From Lachnospiraceae bacterium (GTDB lineage Bacteria; Bacillota; Clostridia; Lachnospirales; Lachnospiraceae), in contig JAAVIA010000052.1 in assembly GCA_014799405.1 (NCBI GenBank), forward strand, positions 8,131 to 72,130: a stretch of 64,000 nucleotides of DNA. Direction: 5' to 3'. Positions 58,882-64,000 of this stretch are shown here, piece by piece. The translations under genes were made by a program, and so were the position numbers. The notes beneath the pieces are model-generated. The model was not told where the DNA came from, did not search any database, and saw nothing but the letters and a program-made list of their open reading frames with translations. How positions within the stretch are numbered: position 1 is the first letter of the stretch; the number at the start of each line of letters is the position of its first letter.

Positions 58882-59529
58882 ATGGATAAAAATGTTTTCA
58901 GAAATATGTCTTACGGGGTTTATGTAGTAACAACCATGGACGGTATGCGTCTGACGGGCTGTGTTGCCAACAGCTGTATGCAGATTACCTCGGAGCCTGC
59001 CGTTGTCGCAGTAAGCATAAATCATGATAACTATACAAATAAGTGTATAAAGGAGTCAAAGAGTCTTGCCGTAAATATACTTACAGAAAATGCTGATATG
59101 ACACTGATTGGTAATTTTGGCTTTCAGTCAGGAAGGGATATAAATAAATTTGAAAGTATACCTTTTGAATGGGCATATGGCAATCCTGTCTTAAAAGATA
59201 GTACATGTGGTTACTTTGCAGGCGACGTTATAGGAAGCTACGAGACAAGCACCCACACGGTATTTTTTGTGGAGGTTAAGGATGCTGCGGTTAAATCCGG
59301 AACACCTATGACCTACGCATATTATCATGAGGTTAAAAATGGGAAAAGTCCTAAGAATGCACCGACATACCTGCCTGAAGAACAGGATGAAAAAGAAGTG
59401 TCCGGCAAAAAATGGGTATGCTCCATATGCGGATATATTTATCAGGGAGATGTTCCATTTGAGGAGCTTTCGGAGGACTTTGTATGTCCTGTGTGCAAAC
59501 AGCCCAAATCTGTATTTGAACAAAAATAA
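58882..59529 (+). CDS. Flavin reductase-rubredoxin fusion (high-molecular-weight rubredoxin-like)
   Basis: Flavin reductase-like N-terminus (SYGVY, STHTVF); C-terminal [10 protein letters not shown]...FVCPVC. Confidence 0.9.
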   Translation: MDKNVFRNMSYGVYVVTTMDGMRLTGCVANSCMQITSEPAVVAVSINHDNYTNKCIKESKSLAVNILTENADMTLIGNFGFQSGRDINKFESIPFEWAYGNPVLKDSTCGYFAGDVIGSYETSTHTVFFVEVKDAAVKSGTPMTYAYYHEVKNGKSPKNAPTYLPEEQDEKEVSGKKWVCSICGYIYQGDVPFEELSEDFVCPVCKQPKSVFEQK

Positions 59530-59558
59530 AAAGTTGAGCGTAGCTAAGGAGAAACAAA

Positions 59559-59825
59559 ATGTATTATGTACCTGACGATACAACAGAATGTGGTTATTAT
59601 GAATGTGATTGCTGCAAAACAAGATTTCTTTCCCTTGAGAAGGAAAGTCAGATTGTGTGTCCGTACTGCGCAGAGGATATTGACCTTGAGATAGGTCCTG
59701 ACGAGGAAATGTCCCCTGAAAATAAAAATGCGAGGCTCATAAAGGTAGTGTGTGGTGAGGATGTAGAAAAAATGGATGCACTGCTTAGTCTTGCAATAAC
59801 GGGAGGCAACTACGAATGGATATAA
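59559..59825 (+). CDS. Small Cys-rich (zinc-ribbon-like) protein
   Basis: CDCC...CPYC pairs. GGAG RBS. Confidence 0.7.
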   Translation: MYYVPDDTTECGYYECDCCKTRFLSLEKESQIVCPYCAEDIDLEIGPDEEMSPENKNARLIKVVCGEDVEKMDALLSLAITGGNYEWI

Positions 59826-60712
59826 TTAAGGTGGCAGTTTTAGGACCAAAGGGAACCTTTAGTGACATGGCATTTCTGGAATACAGACAGCTTATGAAGG
59901 AACATTCAGATAAGAAGGGTAAAAAGTATGATATAGAGGCAGCATATTACCCTACCATTGATGAAGTTTTTAATGCCGTCTGTGACGAAAACGGAGATAA
60001 CCAATGTGAAATGGGAATCGTTCCCCTTGAAAATACATTGGACGGATATGTTCAAAGAACATTGGATTTGCTTCTTGAAAAGCAGGTGAAGATCATAGAT
60101 GAGCATATGGTGCCCGTTCAGTTTTCAGCGGTTGCAAATGCAAAAAAAACAGAGGACATTGACACACTTTATGTACAGTTCAAGGCAAATGGACAGTGCA
60201 GAAAATTTATCAACTCTCTTGAAAATGTAAAAATTGTTACGACCGAAAGTAATATGGAATCTTATTACATGCTTGAGGATGTGGCAGGAAGGGCGGCAAT
60301 TGTTCCCGGACATGTTGCTTTAGAGGAAAAAAACAGCAGTTCAAATCGTATGGTTTTAGAGGGTATAACGGATGCAAAGAATAACCATACAAGATTTGTC
60401 GTGTTAAAAAAGGATGATAGAGTAAGCTTTAGCGGGTATTCTGACAAGGAAAAAATCAGAATACCGGTTTACATAATGCCAAAGTCAGACCGTCCCGGAC
60501 TTTTGTATGAGATTTTAAAGGAGTTTTATGACAAGCAGATAAATCTTATATCCATCATGTCAAGACCTACAAAGCAGGAGCTTGGGACATATAATTTCTA
60601 CATAGAGATAGACGCATATGCAGCACGGGTTAGCAGTATTAAGGAGGCACTTGCAAATATAAACAAATATAACGAAATAAAAATACTTGGTATTTATGAG
60701 GAAGAAGATTAG
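59816..60712 (+). CDS. pheA: Prephenate dehydratase with ACT domain
   Basis: LGPKGTFS, VPLENTLDG, NHTRF, DRPGLL, SRP. Confidence 0.9.
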   Translation: MDIIKVAVLGPKGTFSDMAFLEYRQLMKEHSDKKGKKYDIEAAYYPTIDEVFNAVCDENGDNQCEMGIVPLENTLDGYVQRTLDLLLEKQVKIIDEHMVPVQFSAVANAKKTEDIDTLYVQFKANGQCRKFINSLENVKIVTTESNMESYYMLEDVAGRAAIVPGHVALEEKNSSSNRMVLEGITDAKNNHTRFVVLKKDDRVSFSGYSDKEKIRIPVYIMPKSDRPGLLYEILKEFYDKQINLISIMSRPTKQELGTYNFYIEIDAYAARVSSIKEALANINKYNEIKILGIYEEED

Positions 60713-60724
60713 CAGGAGGTAAAT

Positions 60725-61273
60725 ATGGAAGGTTTAAAGAGATACATAAACGACCTTAGAAAGGGTCACGGTGTAAGGCTTATAATGCTTATTTTGGGTG
60801 GCTTGTTTCTTGTGTATCCCGACACGGCGCAAAAAACGCTTGCAAATATTATAGCAATCGCATTTGTTATAATGGGTGTGGCAAAAATTTTAAGCTACTT
60901 TGGAAAGCCGAAACAGGATGCCTATGGGTATATGGAATATAAGTCAAAATCTGTAATTGTTATCGGAATAATATATATTGTTTTGGCGGCTTTTATTGCA
61001 AAGGTGCTTATGTCAATCATACCAATCCTTCTAGGAAGTATCATTGCGGTAAACGGAATAATTAAGTTGCAGTATTCCTTGGAGATAAAGAAAAATATTC
61101 CTGACAGCAGATGGAAGCCTATGCTGCTTGCTGCCGTTATAATGCTTGTTGTGGGTGTTATAATTTTATTTAATCCATTTAAGACAAACAATCTGATTAT
61201 AAGAATAATAGGTGGTATTCTTGTATTTGAAAGTATATTTGATTTAGTTGCAAGCTACAAGTATTCAAAATAA
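60725..61273 (+). CDS. HdeD/DUF308-like membrane protein
   Basis: Repeated hydrophobic hairpins with G-x-L and NP motifs. Confidence 0.75.
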   Translation: MEGLKRYINDLRKGHGVRLIMLILGGLFLVYPDTAQKTLANIIAIAFVIMGVAKILSYFGKPKQDAYGYMEYKSKSVIVIGIIYIVLAAFIAKVLMSIIPILLGSIIAVNGIIKLQYSLEIKKNIPDSRWKPMLLAAVIMLVVGVIILFNPFKTNNLIIRIIGGILVFESIFDLVASYKYSK

Positions 61274-61311
61274 ATGACTAACAACCTGATAAGGAATAAG
61301 GAGGCTTAAAG

Positions 61312-61755
61312 TTGGCTATAGATGAAAATCAGGCAATTGGTCAGGTTATCCTTAGCGAGGACAATATAATTGCAAGATTAAAGGAAAAAGGCTTAAGGCT
61401 GACCGAACCGAGAAAACTAATTATAAATATAGTTGCAAATGAAGAATTTTCCTGTTGCAAGGAGGTTTATTTCCTTGCACATAAGAAAGACCCCAATATA
61501 GGAATTGCCACGGTATACAGAATGATAAACATATTGGAGGAGATTGGCGCCATAAGCAGGAAAAAACTGCAAAAGACTGTCTGTACTGGAAGATGCTGTG
61601 ATATGAAGGGTGGATGCACCATTGTAACGGACAAGAGCAAGCAGATTATTTTGTCTGAGGCGGACATTGAGGAAGCCCTTAAATACATAATGGAAAAAAA
61701 CGGATATTCAACCGTGGAGGAGATAAAGGCAGTTCTTGTGAACCAAACCTTATAG
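61312..61755 (+). CDS. Fur-family transcriptional regulator (atypical C-terminus)
   Basis: GLRLTEPRK...IGIATVYRMINILEEIG winged HTH. TTG start after AGGAGG. Confidence 0.82.
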   Translation: MAIDENQAIGQVILSEDNIIARLKEKGLRLTEPRKLIINIVANEEFSCCKEVYFLAHKKDPNIGIATVYRMINILEEIGAISRKKLQKTVCTGRCCDMKGGCTIVTDKSKQIILSEADIEEALKYIMEKNGYSTVEEIKAVLVNQTL

Positions 61756-61833
61756 TATAGGTATATAGGTCAGGGATATAACTTTAAAAGATACGTTAGT
61801 GCGTAGATGTTAATAAAAAGGAGTACATATTAA

Positions 61834-62439
61834 ATGGGAATTGCAGAATTGTTTGTGCTTGCAGTCGGGCTTTCGATGGATGCATTTGCGGTATCGATAT
61901 GTAAGGGTCTTGAAACAAAAAAAATAACTATAAAGCAGATGGTGCTTGCAGGTTTATGGTTTGGCGGATTTCAGGCACTTATGCCGGGGATAGGGTATTT
62001 TCTTGGACAGTCTTTTGCAGGGGCAATAAAAAAATATGACCATTGGGTTGCATTTGTTCTGCTTGTATTTATTGGTGTTAATATGTGTAAGGAAGCATTT
62101 ACTGATGAAGACACAGATGAGAATGACTCTGATAAAAATAGCGGTGAGAAGAGTGGCGGTAAGAATAGCTTTGGCGTAAAAATAATGTTTGTCATGGCTG
62201 TTGCCACAAGTATAGATGCGCTTGCGGTTGGAATAACCTTTGCATTTTTGCAAGTGAATATACTTGCTGCGGTTGCCATGATAGGCGTGACTACCTTTAT
62301 ACTGTCATTTGTAGGAGTGAAGGTAGGAAATGTCTTTGGTGCAAAATATGAAAAAAAGGCAGAATTGTCCGGCGGAATCATTCTTATTCTTATAGGTCTC
62401 AAAATATTGTTGGAGCATCTTGGAATAATCAGCTTTTAA
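61834..62439 (+). CDS. mntP: Manganese efflux pump MntP
   Basis: [28 protein letters not shown]. Confidence 0.93.
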   Translation: MGIAELFVLAVGLSMDAFAVSICKGLETKKITIKQMVLAGLWFGGFQALMPGIGYFLGQSFAGAIKKYDHWVAFVLLVFIGVNMCKEAFTDEDTDENDSDKNSGEKSGGKNSFGVKIMFVMAVATSIDALAVGITFAFLQVNILAAVAMIGVTTFILSFVGVKVGNVFGAKYEKKAELSGGIILILIGLKILLEHLGIISF

Positions 62440-62443
62440 TGTT

Positions 62444-63523
62444 TTAAGCTTCGCAAATAACACCGCCGCCTACCACAATATCATCGTCATATAGAACGAC
62501 AGACTGCCCCTTTGTTATGGCACGCTGTGGTTCGTCAAATTCCACATGTATGGTATCGGAATCAATTTGGGTTACAGTTGCCCATTGTTCCTTATGACGG
62601 TATCTTGCCTTTGCCTTGACCCGCATTGGCTTGCTTATTTCGGACACAGATATAAGGTTAATGTTTTTTGCAGTTAGCGAGCGGGAAAAAAGCTCCTCAT
62701 GGCGTGCAAGTGTTACCGTATTTGTGAAAGGGTCAACATGGGATACATACATAGGTTGTGGGAAGGAAAGTCCCAGTCCCTTACGCTGACCTATGGTGTA
62801 ACGGATGATTCCTTTATGGGTACCGAGAACGTTAACCGATGTATCAATAAAGTTACCCTCAGGATATGTTTTGCCTGTATATTTTTCTATAAAATCAGCA
62901 TAGCGTCCGTCAGGGATAAAGCATATATCCTGACTGTCGCTTTTTTTTGCGTTTATAAAACCATTTTCCTCAGCAAGTGCGCGAACCTCTGCCTTTGTCA
63001 TAGAACCCAGTGGGAAAAGGGCATGGGAAAGCTGTTCCTGAGTAAGGGAATAAAGAACATAGCTTTGATCTTTTGTTATGTCAGATGCCTTTTTTAATTC
63101 GTATCTGCCTGTCATTTCGTTTCGGTTTATCCGGGCATAATGCCCTGTGGCTATAAAGTCATAACCAAGCTCTCTGCTGCGGAGAAAAAGCTCCTCAAAC
63201 TTAAGATGCCGGTTGCATTCGATACATGGGTTGGGGGTCATTCCATTTTCATATGCGGAAATAAATCTGTCTATTACACATTCCTTAAATCTTGTCGAAA
63301 AATTAAAAACAGAAAAAGGTATGCCAAGTCTGTTTGCGATATGTTCCGCATCAATAATATCCTGTGAGGTAGTGCATGAATTGTTTTCGGATATATCAAC
63401 ATCACTGCCATGAAAAAGATTCATTGTTGCTCCCATGCACTCGTAGCCCGACTGCTTTATAAGATATGCTGTTACACTGGAATCAACACCGCCGCTCATG
63501 GCTATAAGTGCTCTTTTATTCAT
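62444..63523 (-). CDS. mnmA: tRNA-specific 2-thiouridylase
   Basis: AMSGGVDS, TPNPCIECN, ATGHY, KDQSY, DSQDICF, YTIGQR. Confidence 0.97.
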   Translation of the reverse strand: MNKRALIAMSGGVDSSVTAYLIKQSGYECMGATMNLFHGSDVDISENNSCTTSQDIIDAEHIANRLGIPFSVFNFSTRFKECVIDRFISAYENGMTPNPCIECNRHLKFEELFLRSRELGYDFIATGHYARINRNEMTGRYELKKASDITKDQSYVLYSLTQEQLSHALFPLGSMTKAEVRALAEENGFINAKKSDSQDICFIPDGRYADFIEKYTGKTYPEGNFIDTSVNVLGTHKGIIRYTIGQRKGLGLSFPQPMYVSHVDPFTNTVTLARHEELFSRSLTAKNINLISVSEISKPMRVKAKARYRHKEQWATVTQIDSDTIHVEFDEPQRAITKGQSVVLYDDDIVVGGGVICEA

Positions 63524-63701
63524 GGTATGCCTCCTTAGTTTATGATATAATAAGTCAACAATCATTCTATGACATTTTTAAATAGATGGCAAGCTAAATA
63601 GACAATTGTGAAATACTTTATTTTGAAAATATAGTTGTACAACGGACGTTATCAAAAGCAGAGTTTCACAATTGACGAGGCAAGTCACAGGAGGAAAATA
63701 T

Positions 63702-64000
63702 ATGGCAGATAAGGCAAAACCTGAAAATGAAAAGACGAACGTAATGAGAATATTAGACAGTAAGAAAATAAAATACAACAGCTATTGTTATGTGGAAACA
63801 GGGGAGACAAATGGTGAGAAGGTGGCAGCCATACTTGGACAAAATCCGGACTGTGTATTTAAGACTCTTGTAACTGTTGGAAAAACAGGAACAAACTACG
63901 TGTTTGTCATTCCTGTAAATCAAGAGCTGGACTTGAAAAAGGCGGCAAAATCTGTTGGGGAAAAATCCATACAGATGCTTGCCGCAAAGGAGCTTCTTCC
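63702..64000 (+). CDS. ybaK: Cys-tRNA(Pro) deacylase; 3' end truncated by the window edge
   Basis: ATG after GGAGG. Translates MADKAKPENEKTNVMRILD...VFKTLV...LDLKKAAK. Absent from the supplied ORF track because it runs off the window. Confidence 0.9.
   Translation, partial: MADKAKPENEKTNVMRILDSKKIKYNSYCYVETGETNGEKVAAILGQNPDCVFKTLVTVGKTGTNYVFVIPVNQELDLKKAAKSVGEKSIQMLAAKELL

Noticed and set aside
1-64000. rRNA, tRNA, prophage, integrase/transposase, restriction-modification or toxin-antitoxin genes
   Set aside because: No recognisable signatures. The many short ORFs overlapping annotated genes are antisense or alternate-frame shadows.

Overview
AT-rich Firmicutes chromosome segment with a Lachnospiraceae/Clostridiales-like gene inventory. 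It holds about 57 CDS, mostly on the + strand and mostly housekeeping: aroC, an aroE-aroK fusion, rpsO, pnp, a GH94 phosphorylase, tepA-ftsK, fhs, dnaE, dapAB, coaX, dusB, thrC, queDE-folE-queC, glmM, purB/purA, rarA, pheA, mntP, mnmA and ybaK. No rRNA, tRNA, CRISPR array, transposase, integrase or prophage was seen. Cis-RNAs are a lysine riboswitch with a greatly enlarged P5, a preQ1-I riboswitch and an S15 leader. Most notable: (1) a 395-bp modular palindrome at 2501-2895 whose internal blocks are permuted between the arms (B-C-D-E-F versus B-E-D-C-F), one of several REP-like structured intergenic elements that share motifs, one of which may sit inside the lysine riboswitch; (2) a sensory-type [FeFe]-hydrogenase-like/Fe-S protein fused to an intact HD-GYP domain, a candidate H2/redox-to-cyclic-dinucleotide transducer; (3) a hybrid kinase whose phospho-acceptor His is replaced by Asn; (4) an AP2 / degenerate-HNH / AP2 protein; (5) an ABC-class ATPase plus DEDDh nuclease islet. 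All calls come from reading motifs by eye; no database searches were run.
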